Shown one piece after another: positions 12,761 to 24,890 of a stretch of DNA of 63,888 nt. Each line of letters opens with the position of its first letter. The stretch's first letter is position 1. The notes beneath the pieces are model-generated. The model was given only the letters and a program-made list of their open reading frames with translations. It made no database searches and had not been told where the DNA came from. Both the position numbers and the translations under genes were made by a program. Origin of the DNA: Negaprion brevirostris (Eukaryota); assembly GCA_030324005.1 (NCBI GenBank), contig JARDVH010000042.1, positions 74,936,116 to 75,000,003 on the forward strand. Direction: 5' to 3'.

Positions 12761-13996
12761 ATTGTGATAGTCTTCAGTGACTTTTAATTTACATACGGAT
12801 TAGATTCATCAGACAGGCAAGGATAGTCTGGAGGATCAGGTCATTGAATATTTTCGGTACAATTCCTTAAGAGTTCTGCAGCCAACTAGAGAGCAGGCTA
12901 TTCTAAATCTGGAAACAAGATTCATTAATGACTTCGTAATAAAGGTAGCAGCGATCATATCATGGTTACATTTTTCTTTTGGTTTGAGGGAAAGAAAAAA
13001 GAGCCTAAGACCAATATTTTAAACTTATAGAAGGGTAATTATGAAGGTATGAAGGCAGAACTAGCTAAAGTGACCTGGAAAATTACAAGGGACAGGTCAG
13101 TGCAGATGCAGTGGCAGAAATTTAAGATTGTTCATGTTACTCAGCGAAATAAGAGAGCAAGACTCAAGGGGAAGGATGGACTGGTTGTGGCCAATTAAGA
13201 AAGTTAATGATAGTATCAGTTAGAAATAAAAAAAAGCATAGTGGCAGGTCAGAAAATTTAATAAAATATAAACACAGCGAAGAATGACTTGAATAGTGAC
13301 AGAGAAATTGTAAGGAAAAAGCTGACTAAAAAGAGTTTCTGCAGATTCTTAAAAACAAAAACAAAGGAAGTGCATGTTGGTCCTCTGGAGAGAGAGCTGG
13401 TAAATTAATAATGGAAAATAAATGACAGATGACTTGGACAGATATTTTGCATCTGTCTTCGCTATAGAGGATCATATAACATCACAGAAACAATTGAATC
13501 AAGAGGTGAAAGGGAGGAAACTTGAAATGATGATGATCATCAGGAAAATGTCTTTTAAGAAAATCATTAGAGCAAAAAATTGTCAAGATCCAGATCCTGA
13601 ATGACTTAATTCTAGAACTAGGTGCTGTGATGGTGCTTGCATTGGATTTAATTTTCCAAAACTTCCTTGATTCTGGAAATATCCCATCGGAGTGGAAAAT
13701 ATTCAAGAAAGGAGGGAGACAGTAAGCAGAAAACTATAGGCCAGCTGGCTTAACATTTTTCATAAGGAAAATGCTGGAATCTATTATTAAGGAGATTATG
13801 ACTGGGCACTTGGAAAATCACAATGTAATTAGGCAAAGTCAACAAGGTTTTGTGAAAGGAAAATTGTGTTTGACTAATTTATTAGAATTATTGGAGGAAG
13901 TAATTAACAATGTGAACAAAGGGGGGCCTATGAATATGGTGCACTTAGATTTCCAAAAGGCATTTGACAAAATGCTCATATAAAGATTATTACACA

Positions 13997-14317
13997 GGGC
14001 AGCACAGTGGTTAGCAATGCTGCCTCAGAGCTCCGGGGACTCGGGTTCAATTCTGACCTCGGGACACTCTCTGTGTGGAGTTTGCACATTCTCCCCATCT
14101 GTGGGTGGGTTTCCTCCATATGCTCCGTTTTCCACCAATGTCCAAAGATATGGTTAGGTTAATTGGCTTTGCTAAAATTGCCTCTTAGTGTCGGGGGATT
14201 AACCTATAGGTAAATAGGTGGGATTATGGGAATAGGGCCTGGGTGGGATTGTGGTTGGTGCAGACTCGATAGGCTGAATAGCCTCCTTCTGCACTGTAGG
14301 GATTATATGATCCTACA
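13997..14317 (+). mobile_element. full-length HE1/V-SINE (tRNA-derived)
   Basis: A-box-like agtggttagc, B-box gggttcaattc, V-domain tgtgtggagtttgcacattctcccc, CR1-like tail; interrupts the CR1 RT. Confidence 0.88.
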
Positions 14318-15497
14318 TAACGTAAGTTAGCATTGTGGGGATGGGGGAGGGGGCAGTGGTAACATAGCATGGATAGAGGATTTGTTACCCAACAGGAAAC
14401 CAATTAGGCATAACTGGGTCATTATTATGTTGGCAAGCTGTAATTAGTGGAGTGCCACGGGAATCAGTGCTGGGATGTCAACTATTTACAATCTACACCC
14501 TTTATTTGGATGGAAGGACTGAATTTGCAGCTGACACAAAGATAAACAGGAAGGTAGGTTGTGAAGAGGATATAGTCTGCAAAGAGATTATAAATAGGTT
14601 AAGTGAATGGACAAAAAATTGGCAGATGGAATATATGGGAAAATTAACTTGTCTACTTTGACAAGAAGAATAAGAAAACGTTATCTAAATGGTGAGAGAT
14701 TGCAGAATTCCTGAGGTACAGGGATCTGGGTGTCCTGGTACGTGAATTTCAAAAAGTTAGTATGCAGGTGCAGCAAGTAATTAGAAAGGCAAATGAAATG
14801 TTTGTTGCAATGGAATATAGAAGGGATGTTTTGTTACAGTTGTACAGGGCATGTGTGGGACCACGTCTAGAATACTGCGTGTAGTTTTGGTCTCCTTATT
14901 TAAGAAAATACATAATTACATAAGTCTCACTTGACTGATTTCTCAGATGAGGGGATTATGGAGACAGGTTGGAACTATATCCATTGGAGTTTAGAAGAGT
15001 GGACAATAAAATGCTATTTCCTCTTGTGAGAGAGACCAGAACTTGAGGATATGTTAAAACTGAGGGGTCTCCCATCTAGGATGGAGATTAGGAGAATTTT
15101 TTCCCCTTGAGGATTTGCATTTATGGAACTCTTCCCCAGCGAGTGGTATAGACAGGGTTATTGAATATAGGTTTTTGATGAACAAGGGAAGCAAAGGGTA
15201 TTGAGAGTAAAGAGAATAGTGGCTTTGAAGTTACAATCTGATCAACCATGATCTTTTTGAATAGTGAAGCAGACTTGAGGGGCTGAATGTTCTACTCCAA
15301 ATTCATATGTAACTTTCCCAGTCATTTGCTTTAGCAACATATTAAGATGCATATGAATTTCATCATAGGATTACATTTTTAATTTGCATCTGTTTCAAAA
15401 TGGTTGAAAGTGAAGGTGAAACAGAACAGTAAATAGACAGCCACATCACACTGTTCAAATATGTTTCGATGTTCCGTTACTAACCTCATTTAAATCT

Positions 15498-15626
15498 ATG
15501 ATGTGGAGATGCTGGCCTTGCACTGGGGTGGGCACGGTAAGTAATCTCACAACACCAGGTTAAAGTCCAACAGGTTTATTTGGTAGCAGGAGCTTTCAGA
15601 GTACTGCTCCTTCATCAGGTGAGTGC
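15498..15626 (-). mobile_element. Penelope-like element 3'-terminal fragment with 15-bp flanking direct repeat
   Basis: homologous to 46916-47043; catttaaatctatga at 15487-15501 and 15627-15641. Confidence 0.85.
15587..15621 (-). ncRNA. minimal type-I hammerhead ribozyme motif (PLE family 1)
   Basis: CAC CUGAUGA A GGAG-cagua-CUCU GAAA GCUC cUG: core intact, palindromic AGCU helix III, one mismatch in helix I, G:U at the base of helix II. Confidence 0.7.
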
Positions 15627-17562
15627 CATTTAAATCTATGAAAGCTACATGGTTTACTTAATTGCTAACTTAGCCAGTTTATGTCCCAGTTATTTTTAAA
15701 TAAAGTATTTCTTTTGGTAAATCGCTAACATTTAATTCATGGAATTACCCTGTTACCTTTGTAAAGGTAGATTTTGATGTCACTGTAGCAACAAGCAGTA
15801 AACATTTGAATTTATTGCTGCCAGCTTGACCCTCTGTCGGGTCATTAAAGACAGTTGAATTGAATAAATCAATCTCTTTGTTTGCTAGCTGTTAAAACAT
15901 TTTATCTTGTGCTGGAATAACGACAATTCAATTTCAGTTTTTTTTGAAAAACATTTGGGGACCACATCAATCAATTTATAATCCCTGCAGATTTATTTCC
16001 ATGTAAATAGCAAATGAAGTACCTGATTCCAATCCATGCTGTGCCATTATTCGAGTCTCACCAACCACGGCTCGAGTATGACTTGGACCTGTTTATAGCC
16101 AGACTGATTCCTGGGGCTCACTGTAGGAAGTGGACTCACCTGGCCGGTCCATCCCACTACAAGCACGGCTTTTATGTGACTTTGGGCACATTTACATTCC
16201 TGGGTGAGTAAAGTGTTTAGTCACCAAACTTATTAAATGGAATATTTGTTTTTTCTTGGAGTTGGTGAGTGTGAAGTGGTAGGGGGTATGGGAATGGTGA
16301 ATGGACGATGATTTTGTCCCTCAGAAGCACAACCGTTCGATCAGCAGAGATTTGAATGGTTTTGTGTCCAGTGTTTGAGACCGATGGCTGGGTATGACAG
16401 TCACCTATTCTAGGAAAAGTTGACAAATCCATTTTCAATTGCTCTGGTGCCATATGTTTTGGAGCAAGGTACGAATATTTTAGAGGAACCAGTTTTCCCC
16501 GGGTAAGTTCGAGAAGTAGGCTGTAAAAAACTGATTTAGCTCAACAAATGCAGAGAAAAGTGAATAGAATAAGNNNNNNNNNNNNNNNNNNNNNNNNNNN
16601 NNNNNNNNNNNNNNNNNNNNNNNNNNNNNNNNNNNNNNNNNNNNNNNNNNNNNNNNNNNNNNNNNNNNNNNNNNNNNNNNNNNNNNNNNNNNNNNNNNNN
16701 NNNNNNNNNNNNNNNNNNNNNNNNNNNNNNNNNNNNNNNNNNNNNNNNNNNNNNNNNNNNNNNNNNNNNNNNNNNNNNNNNNNNNNNNNNNNNNNNNNNN
16801 NNNNNNNNNNNNNNNNNNNNNNNNNNNNNNNNNNNNNNNNNNNNNNNNNNNNNNNNNNNNNNNNNNNNNNNNNNNNNNNNNNNNNNNNNNNNNNNNNNNN
16901 NNNNNNNNNNNNNNNNNNNNNNNNNNNNNNNNNNNNNNNNNNNNNNNNNNNNNNNNNNNNNNNNNNNNNNNNNNNNNNNNNNNNNNNNNNNNNNNNNNNN
17001 NNNNNNNNNNNNNNNNNNNNNNNNNNNNNNNNNNNNNNNNNNNNNNNNNNNNNNNNAAATACAGAATTACTTAATTCTGAATGTATGAGGGTTCATACAG
17101 GTAAGCCCTCTTAATCGAACATAACGCAAGTCTGCTTTTTTGATTAATTCAGTATATTAATATTTTAATACACAGCTCACAATGTTTATAAATTGACATC
17201 CTGTTTAGACTTAACATTGCTTTTGATTTTACAATGAACAGTTTGTCCTGATGAACTACTATATTCCTTTATGTTCCATCTTTCACAATCCCAGGAAAGG
17301 CAAATTGCTTTTCAGATACACTATAGGAGTGTGTGAAAGTGTAGATACTATTATAGCATGGGAAATACACAACTGTAAAGCTACACTACATACACTACTG
17401 TATATTGTAGCAAGATCTCAAAAACTTTTCACAACTGAGTGAAAATAGGTTAGACCAGGATTTTTATTTTTGAAAATTACATTGATTTTAAAATGTATGA
17501 ATATGTATTTCTACAAGCTGCTCTACTTTGGATTGACAATTATCCATCATTTATAAAAGATA

Positions 17563-17714
17563 CTTTTTTCTACACCCTAGCTATGACTATATTCTGCACC
17601 CTTTTCTTCTCCCCTATGTACTCTTTATGAACAGTACGCTTTGTATAGTGCGCAAGAAACAATACTTTTCACTGTATGTTAGTACATGTGACAATAACAA
17701 CAAAATCACATATC
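17563..17714 (+). mobile_element. LINE 3'-UTR fragment (Rex/RTE-type tail)
   Basis: caatacttttcactgtatgttagtacatgtgacaataac tail; absent from the paralogous segment at 25574-25810; inverse copy at 23528-23720. Confidence 0.6.
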
Positions 17715-18639
17715 TAGTTTAGAATGAAATGAATTGAGAAACATAGTATTAATCACAATGTATTATTAGTCCTGCACGTTACATTTTGGACTTCAAGTGC
17801 ACACAATCTGACCCCCCAGTGAGGAATTTTAACTTCAAAATCAAATTTCAGGATCCAATCCCCCCTTTACAACATTGTTTCTATGGAAAAAATAGTCTTG
17901 ACTTGCAGTGCAGTTTTCAGGAACCAATGGTATCACAAGCTCAAGATGATAGTAAATCATTCAATACAGAAGGGAAAAAAGTATACTTACCAACTCAAAA
18001 CAGACTTTATGAGCTGACAGTTGATTAGGCTGCAGAGGGGTCACCTCAGTAACTCTTCTTTGACAACATGCTAAGATTTTTATCTCTGCGGGTACTTCCA
18101 GAACAAAGCTAACAGCGGGCCTATCTCAGCTTTGGGTTTTTAATCCCTTTTCATGAACACCACGATATGTCATGTCAAACTACCAATAGCTTATTGATTG
18201 ATTCTAGATGTATGTTAATTTAATTGGTCTTTAATTACATAACATCTCAGTTCAAAAGGGACAGTTTATGGAAGACAATAACTGCTTATTTACTAATCTT
18301 GATTAGATTAGATTAGATAACAATGAGTGTTATCTAACTATGAGCCAGACTTTGGCAGACCATGGTGTTCTGTGGCTTATCAAAAGTTAGAAATATTGCA
18401 TTGTCTGAGTGGCTTCTGCTAGCACAGTATCTTTATGAAACAGTTGGCATTATATTAATTTGAAATAAAAAGCTACTCTTCCCAATATATTTATCAATTA
18501 CGTGGATTCACTATAACTCAATCACGGTACATTTCTTAAAAAGATTATTGGTCATAATTTCCTCTGAGTGGCAATCAGTGGCAGGTTATTACTCCGTATC
18601 AATTTGCCTGTGCAAGAATTCTAAAGTGCCTGTCTCACC

Positions 18640-18966
18640 CATAAGAAATAGGAGCAAAATTAGGCCACTCGGCCCATCGATTCTGCTCCGCCATTCAATC
18701 GTAGCTGATTTTTTTTTCTCATCCCATTCTCCTGCCTTTTTCCCACAATCAAGAACCTATCTATCTCTGTCTTAAAGACGCTCAATGACCTGGCCTCTGC
18801 AGCCTTCTGCCGCAAAGAATTCCACAGATTCGCCACACTCTGGCTGAAGAAATTCCTCTTCATCTCTGTTTTATAAGAATATCCGTTTAGCCTGAGGTTG
18901 TGCCCTGTGGTTCTGGTTTTTCCTGCTAGTGGAACCATCCTCTCTACATCCACTCTATCCAGGTCT
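18640..18966 (-). mobile_element. CR1 LINE 3' end
   Basis: DRVDVERMVPLAGKTRTTGHNLRL...RNFFSQSVANLWNSL...FKTEIDRFL plus tail. Confidence 0.88.
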
Positions 18967-19137
18967 CTTAGCAAAGAACAACACAGAACGGGAAACAGGC
19001 CCTTCGGCCCAACGAGCCCGCGCCGCCGTCCCATTGTNNNNNNNNNNNNNNNNNNNNNNNNNNNNNNNNNNNNNNNNNNNNNNNNNNNNNNNNNNNNNNN
19101 NNNNNNNNNNNNNNNNNNNNNNNNNNNNNNNNNNNNN

Positions 19138-20319
19138 TCTCCTCTGCACTCTCTCCAGGATCTCTACATCCTTCCGGTAGTACGGCGACCAGAACTGGAC
19201 GCAGTACTCCAAGTTTCTGTAAGTTTCAATAAGATCCCCCTCATCCTCCTAAACTCCAACGAGTACAGACCCAGAGTTCTCAACCGTTCCTCATATGACA
19301 AGCTCTTCATTCCAGGGATCATTCTCGTGAATCTCCTCTGGACATTCCAGTCCTCTGGTAACCCTCTCTGCCATGATGTGGACATGCTGGCGTTGGACTG
19401 GGGTAAACACAGTAAAAAGTCTGACAACACCAGGTTTTAGTTCAACCGATTTATTTGATAGTTAACCCGAAAGCTTGTGAGTTTACTATCAAATAAATCG
19501 GTTGGACTAAAACCTGGTGGTGTCAGATTTTTTACTGTGTTAAGCCTCTCTGCCTCCAGTGATTCCTGAAAGATCACCACAATTGCCTCCACAATTTCCT
19601 CAGCTATCTCTTTTAGAACTCTGGGGTGTAGTCCATTTGGTCCAAGTGATTTATTCACCTTCAGACCTTTCAGTTTCCCCAGAACCTTCTCCTTAGTGAT
19701 GGCCACTAGACTCGTCTGTGCCTCTTGATTCTCCTGAAGCTCTGGTATTCCACTGGTGTCTTCCACCGTGAAGACTGATGCAAAGTAACTATTCAGTCCC
19801 TCTGCCATTGCTTTGTTTCCTTTTATTACTTCTCCAGCCTCATTTTCCAGTGGTTCAATGTCTATTTTTGCCTCTCTGTTATCTGTTATATATTGAAAAA
19901 AACTCTTCCTATCTTCTTTTATATTACTAGCTAGCTTACACGCATATTTCATCTTCTCCCTCTCTTATTGTTTTTTTTAGTTGTCCTCTGCTTGCTTTTA
20001 ATGGCTTCCCAATCGTCTGGCTTGCCATTAATCCTTGCCACTTTTTCTTTTGCTTTTATGCTGTCCTTGACTTCTCTCATCAGCCATGGATGCTTCATCC
20101 TCCCCTTAGCATGTTTCCTCCTTCTTGGGATGAATTTCTGTTGTGCCTCTCATATAACTCCCAAAAATTCATTCCATTGCTGTTCCACTGTCTTCTCTGC
20201 TAGGCTCCCTTTCCAATCAACTCTGGCCAGCTCCTCCCTCATGTCTTTGTTGTTACCTTTATTTAATTGTAATACCGTTACATCAGACTCCAGCTTCTCC
20301 CTCTCAAACTGCAGGGTAA
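19138..20319 (-). mobile_element. CR1 LINE ORF2 fragments (rearranged, interrupted by PLE hairpin)
   Basis: EYCVQFWSPYYRKD, RFTRMIPGMKSLSYEERL, KSLGPNGLHPRVLKE, LNSYFASVFT motifs. Confidence 0.88.
19373..19544. mobile_element. Penelope-like inverted (hairpin) terminal insertion with 10-bp TSD
   Basis: 57-bp inverted arms 19406-19462 / 19485-19541 (3 mismatches); TSD cctctctgcc at 19363-19372 and 19545-19554. Confidence 0.85.
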
Positions 20320-20473
20320 NNNNNNNNNNNNNNNNNNNNNNNNNNNNNNNNNNNNNNNNNNNNNNNNNNNNNNNNNNNNNNNNNNNNNNNNNNNNNNNNN
20401 NNNNNNNNNNNNNNNNNNNCACCGCCGGGGGGGGGGGGGGCGGGGGGGGGGGGGGGGGTGGTGGTGGTGGGTA

Positions 20474-21040
20474 GATGGTTGAGAGTGGGGGTCCCTCTGC
20501 CATTCTGCACTCGGGCTTGGTAACAGAAGGAAAAAGGCCACTAATCCGGGCTAGTAATTGGGTGGGGTGGGGGTTGGTCTGCCAAGGGATTTGCTCTGCT
20601 CTGGGGTGGAGGGAAAGACTGAGGCGGGTGTGGAAGGATGGAGTGGAGTGGTTTGGGGGGTGGTGGTGGTTTTGGGGCTGGCTTGGACATGTCCGGAAAG
20701 CCTGCGATCGGGGGAGTGCTTAGCAAGGCCAATGATGCAGGGACACGGGGCAGGCCAGCGACTGTGGGGACAGCAGTGCAGGGCCACTATGTATGTACTG
20801 ATTTCGGCACTGACAAATCAGCGAATGCACAGTGGCCTGCTCAGCCCTATGTTGCTGGCCTCTCCAGTGGGAATAGACCCCACCNNNNNNNNNNTTTTTG
20901 ATGAGATTCACACTGGTGGACTCTGCAGTGCCCAGATTGTCGGGATTCATTTTGAAAATTCCACTGAAAAAATCAATGGGATTTACTCAAAGCTTTTACA
21001 CAAAGTCGGTGCTTATAATTTTTTGGGGACAATGCCACCC
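20474..21040. mobile_element. Harbinger-type non-autonomous element, right part
   Basis: homologous to 27600-27976; ends ggggacaatgccaccc. Confidence 0.6.
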
Positions 21041-21715
21041 TTAATCTTTGCCCAATTTGGGGTCACACTGTGACTAATTTGCTGTCATCCATTAGTAAAT
21101 TAAACAAAGGATTACATTTTAATCTTCACTGCATGGACAGTAGTTTGATGGAACGGACTGTCTGCCTGTCATAGAACTTGTCTAATTTTCATTCCACTAG
21201 AGTTGACAAAATAAAATTGAATGTGTTTTGCAGGCAATCATTTGACAAATTATTACCCATTCAGTGAAGCTCCAAACTTGCTCCAATTTTCATCTCAAAA
21301 ACACAATCTAATTTCATCNNNNNNNNNNTCTTGACCACTGTGGAATGTGGATTCCTCCTACCCAATTTCATTGCTTGGTCTCTGAAACAGCATAATCTAA
21401 AACATTGCTCTTGCTTCATTGGCACTTTTAAAGCTGAAACAAAACATAGTAGAATTCCGTTAATACTTGTAGTGCAATTTATGGTATTCTTACACTGATA
21501 ACGATTGTGATAACAGATGCCATAAATAATGGTGTGAGCCCTGCAGTGCACTTTGAAATTATTTGAACTGCATTATGTTTGCCTGCATTTGTGAGAGGCT
21601 CCTGTAATTTTTAAGAATAAAAATTTCATGGGGGAATTTGTAAAGGGCAGACATTTAGGTCTGTCTGTGTAGGTATTCCTGGCTAACGCAACAGTGTAAT
21701 GATTGTTGACTTTAT

Positions 21716-23015
21716 GGGCAAATTTTTATGATTCCATCATGCTATGTTTGCAGTGGGAAAAAGTTGTAAAATTAGGCATGACATGACTAGCAGGAATGGC
21801 ACCCATTTTCACACAATTCCTATTTTAACAAGAAAGAAAATTGGCGCGATTGGGAGTACGACAAAATGGGTGAAACATCAAATTGCATTTGTTTGCATTC
21901 ATCACAATGTAATGAGCGTGTTTCACTCCCAATTGTCCCGACCCACCTGCTTTAACGACTTCATTCTCTGTAGGCAGATCGGTCAGGAAAATGCCTCAAG
22001 TATAAAAGTCGGATTCAGGTGCTTGATCAGTGAGGGTGAGCAAGGAGGTAAGTCTCTGTGTTCAAACTGCTCCATGCTGCTCAGAGGGGGTTGTTTTGTG
22101 GGGACCATGTTGCGTTTTGGGTCAGGAGGAGCTGCGAGTGTGTGGTGGCTGGGGGGCTGTTGTTGGTCATGGGGTCTAAACTCGGACTCCGGTTAGAGCG
22201 TTGACCTCGGATTTTAGCGCTGACTCTCGGTCCTAGTGCAGGCAGCAGTAAGCACTGTTGCAAGTGGGCTGGAGACTCTCTGAAATGGCAGTGCTGCAGC
22301 CTCAGGACTTGTCAAGCAGCACTGTCTGTGGCCACTACTGCATGGGTTCTAGGTGTCTTTTGGGGAGTAGGGGAGGGATTGAGAGATGTGTTGCCATTCT
22401 GGGATTTGTGAGGGTGTATGGGGAGTATGTAGTGTTGGGGGTCCGTTGGGGGAGGGGGGTTTGGTGAGTGTGTGTTGCTGGGGGTTGGGGGGGTGCTATG
22501 GAGAGTGTGTGTTGCTGGGTTGGAGGGCAAGCAAAATTCTTTAACGTCTCCACCTGACTCTCCCCTTCTGCAAAACCTCTACCCCCTTCACATTGACAAG
22601 ATTATTTTTACAAAGCAACCAATTGATCTTGCTGTTCTTTTGGTTGCTGCTGGAGCTGAAGACGAGGAGCAGGAGGAAGAATTGCAGACAGAGGAAGCCC
22701 AGGCCTCACCACTTGCAAGAGAAGACTGAGTCAACCACCAGGGACAGGACATGGCTGTCAATCACCCAGGGGAGAATGGGTGGGCAGGAAAAGGAGAGAG
22801 TGGAAACCCTGGTGGTTCTGTATGCAAGTATCCTTTGAATAACTATTGGACATTAGGTGCCACGTCTAGCTCCAGCTCCGAAAGGAGACAATGCGACAAT
22901 TGTGCCATTTGTTGTAGGATCTTGCATGTCGGGGGAGGGGAGGTGCTCACACATTCTCGGTGGCTGTGAAAGTAATGCTGCTTTAAACTTTTACACCATT
23001 GGGTGTGTCCAAACC
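21716..23015 (+). mobile_element. PIF/Harbinger transposon 5' remnant
   Basis: starts gggcaaatttt; 22860-23003 encodes frameshifted LQLRKETMRQLCHLL...VAVKV.AALNFY.IG, resembling the N-terminal part of HARBI1/Harbinger transposase; truncated at a PLE insertion. Confidence 0.65.
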
Positions 23016-23444
23016 TGATGTGGCGATGCCGGCGTTGGACTGGGGTAAGAAGTCTCACAACACCAGGTTAAATCCCAACAAGTTTATTTGGTAGCACAAG
23101 CAACTAGCTTTCAGAGTGCTGCTCTTACATCAGGTAAGTGGGAGTTCTGTTCACAAACAGGCCATATAAAGACACAAACTCAATTTACAAAATAATGGTT
23201 GGAATGCACGTCTTTACAGGTAATCAAGTCTTAAAGATACAGACAATGTGAGTGGTGAGAGGGTTAAGCACAGGTTAAAGTGTATTGTCTCCAGCCAGGA
23301 CAGTTAGTGAGATTTTGCAAGCCCAGGCGTGTCGTGAGGGTTACGGATACTGTGACGTGAACCCAAGATTCTGGTTAAGGCCTTCCTCATGTGTGCAGAA
23401 CTTGGCTATCAGTTTCTGCTCATATCCGTACACGAGGACAGCCT
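23016..23444 (-). mobile_element. Penelope-like element 3' portion with degenerate hammerhead (23102-23136)
   Basis: reverse complement is colinear with 46630-47043. Confidence 0.85.
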
Positions 23445-23527
23445 GAAACAGAATCTAATGTTGGAAATTGTTTGGTTCCACATTAAAATATAACTAGTTG
23501 ACTCAATTTTTTTTTAAAGAAAGTGAA

Positions 23528-23720
23528 TTGATTTATTATTGTCACATGTATTGGGATACAGTGAAAAGTATTGCTTCTTACATTCTATAGAGACAAAACA
23601 TACCATTCATAGAGTACGTAGGAGAGAAGGAAAAGAGAGGGTGCAGAATATAGTGTTGCGGATATAGATAGGCAGAAGGGAAAGATCAATTTAATATATG
23701 ATAGGACCATTCAAAAGTCT
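23528..23720 (-). mobile_element. LINE 3' end (Rex/RTE-type tail)
   Basis: inverse homolog of 17563-17714. Confidence 0.6.
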
Positions 23721-24618
23721 GAGTTGGTTGAGAAAGTTAAATAACAAGGATTTATCCTTAACTACCTTAGTGTTAACTCTAAGAAAACATTTGTTTTTAA
23801 GTACACTCATCTGCATTTTGCGATAATATGATTGGCAACAGGTTGAATGGCCTTCTTCTGTGCCACAAATTCTCTGTGATTTCTATAATGACGGTGAAAC
23901 TGTCAGCCTTTGCAATCAATATCTCTCTGAAACTGGCAGCAACCCCCACAGTTTGTGCATATGCAATTAAACACGCAAATCCATAATTGATGTCTGTGGG
24001 TCAATGCTTCCCCATAAGCGTGCTGCTGAAATACCACCCCCAGCCGCAATCATGTAGAAATCACTAAACCAAGGCAATTTTTGACATTTCATCTTACTGT
24101 AAAACCAGTGGAATAGTGATGCCTTGTTAAACAGGGTTTTGAACAACATATTAAATTCCTAATTACTGCAGAAAAATCTCCCTGGCTCTGGACAACAAAT
24201 ATTTTGTTTATGAAGTGCCATGTTTCTCCATTGAGAAATTTTGTGTTTTGTTTCAGTTTGATTAAATGCCAGCTCCCAGATTAATTCCATGGTTATGTTC
24301 CAATCATTTTGCTCTCTTTAAAATAGAATTAAAAATGAAAGATAATCAGTGTGTTTTACTTCCTGGTTTACTGTATGTGAGAATCATTTTGATGTGACTG
24401 GCTTCTTTACCAGGCTTAATGAGCTCAGTGCCGTTGGACACTTTGTGATCCCCTTGACCCGGTACCAGATTCAGACTGGCATCAGGAAAGGGGAAAATCT
24501 ATCCACAGAAACTACTGGATTGACAGGGGCAGTTTTCTTTGAGGTCAGGGGTCGTTGCCAATGCTTTGCCGCTAACTGTATAATCTGGGCCATCATAAAC
24601 TATTTCCCGAGTGAGTGC

Positions 24619-24890
24619 TTGGCTCAGTTAGTAACATCTGAGTCGGAGGTTGTGGGTTTGAGCTCCTTGTCAGGAGTTTCACAAAAGCAATGTGGAGGAA
24701 GTGCTGTCCTTTGGATGAGATGCCAAACTGAGGCTTTCTTACATTTTATATGGTAGCTAAATTTCTGTGAGAGTAAGTATAGAAATATAGAGAATCTAAC
24801 TCATATCCTGGCCAATTCATCCCCCACTACTACAATCAGAATAACCAGTCATGCACGTCATTACTTTTTGCAACGTGATGCATTTATGAG
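24619..24890 (+). mobile_element. Deu-domain SINE-like relic
   Basis: tRNA-like head (ggctcagttagtaac...gtgggtttgagctcc) followed by gtgctgtcctttggatgagatgccaaactgaggc, resembling the Deu core. Confidence 0.5.

Larger units (their letters stand above)
12459..15310 (+). mobile_element. decayed CR1 LINE ORF2 (endonuclease-RT-3'UTR) with nested MITE and SINE
   Basis: SQQGFVKGKLCLTNLLE, LDFQKAFDK, FAADTK motifs; many stops and frameshifts; CR1-type 3' tail. Confidence 0.88.

Noticed and set aside
13997-14070. tRNA-like A/B boxes (also 34737, 59868, 60090)
   Set aside because: SINE heads continuing into V-domain or SINE bodies; no complete cloverleaf.
16548-17114. Long ORFs through N runs (also 29217-29636, 35081-35646, 41833-42439)
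   Set aside because: Artefacts of translating gaps.
19968-20474. Signal-peptide-like hydrophobic ORF MFFLVVLCLLLMASQSSG...
   Set aside because: Antisense reading of CR1 ORF2 running into an N gap.
20420-20475. Poly-G/C tracts (also 26820-26887, 35221-35248) giving poly-Pro/Gly ORFs and G-quadruplex potential
   Set aside because: They abut gaps, their lengths are unreliable and they are not coding.
22472-22729. Acidic ORF AEDEEQEEELQTEEAQ
   Set aside because: Lies within the Harbinger remnant; no supported host exon structure.
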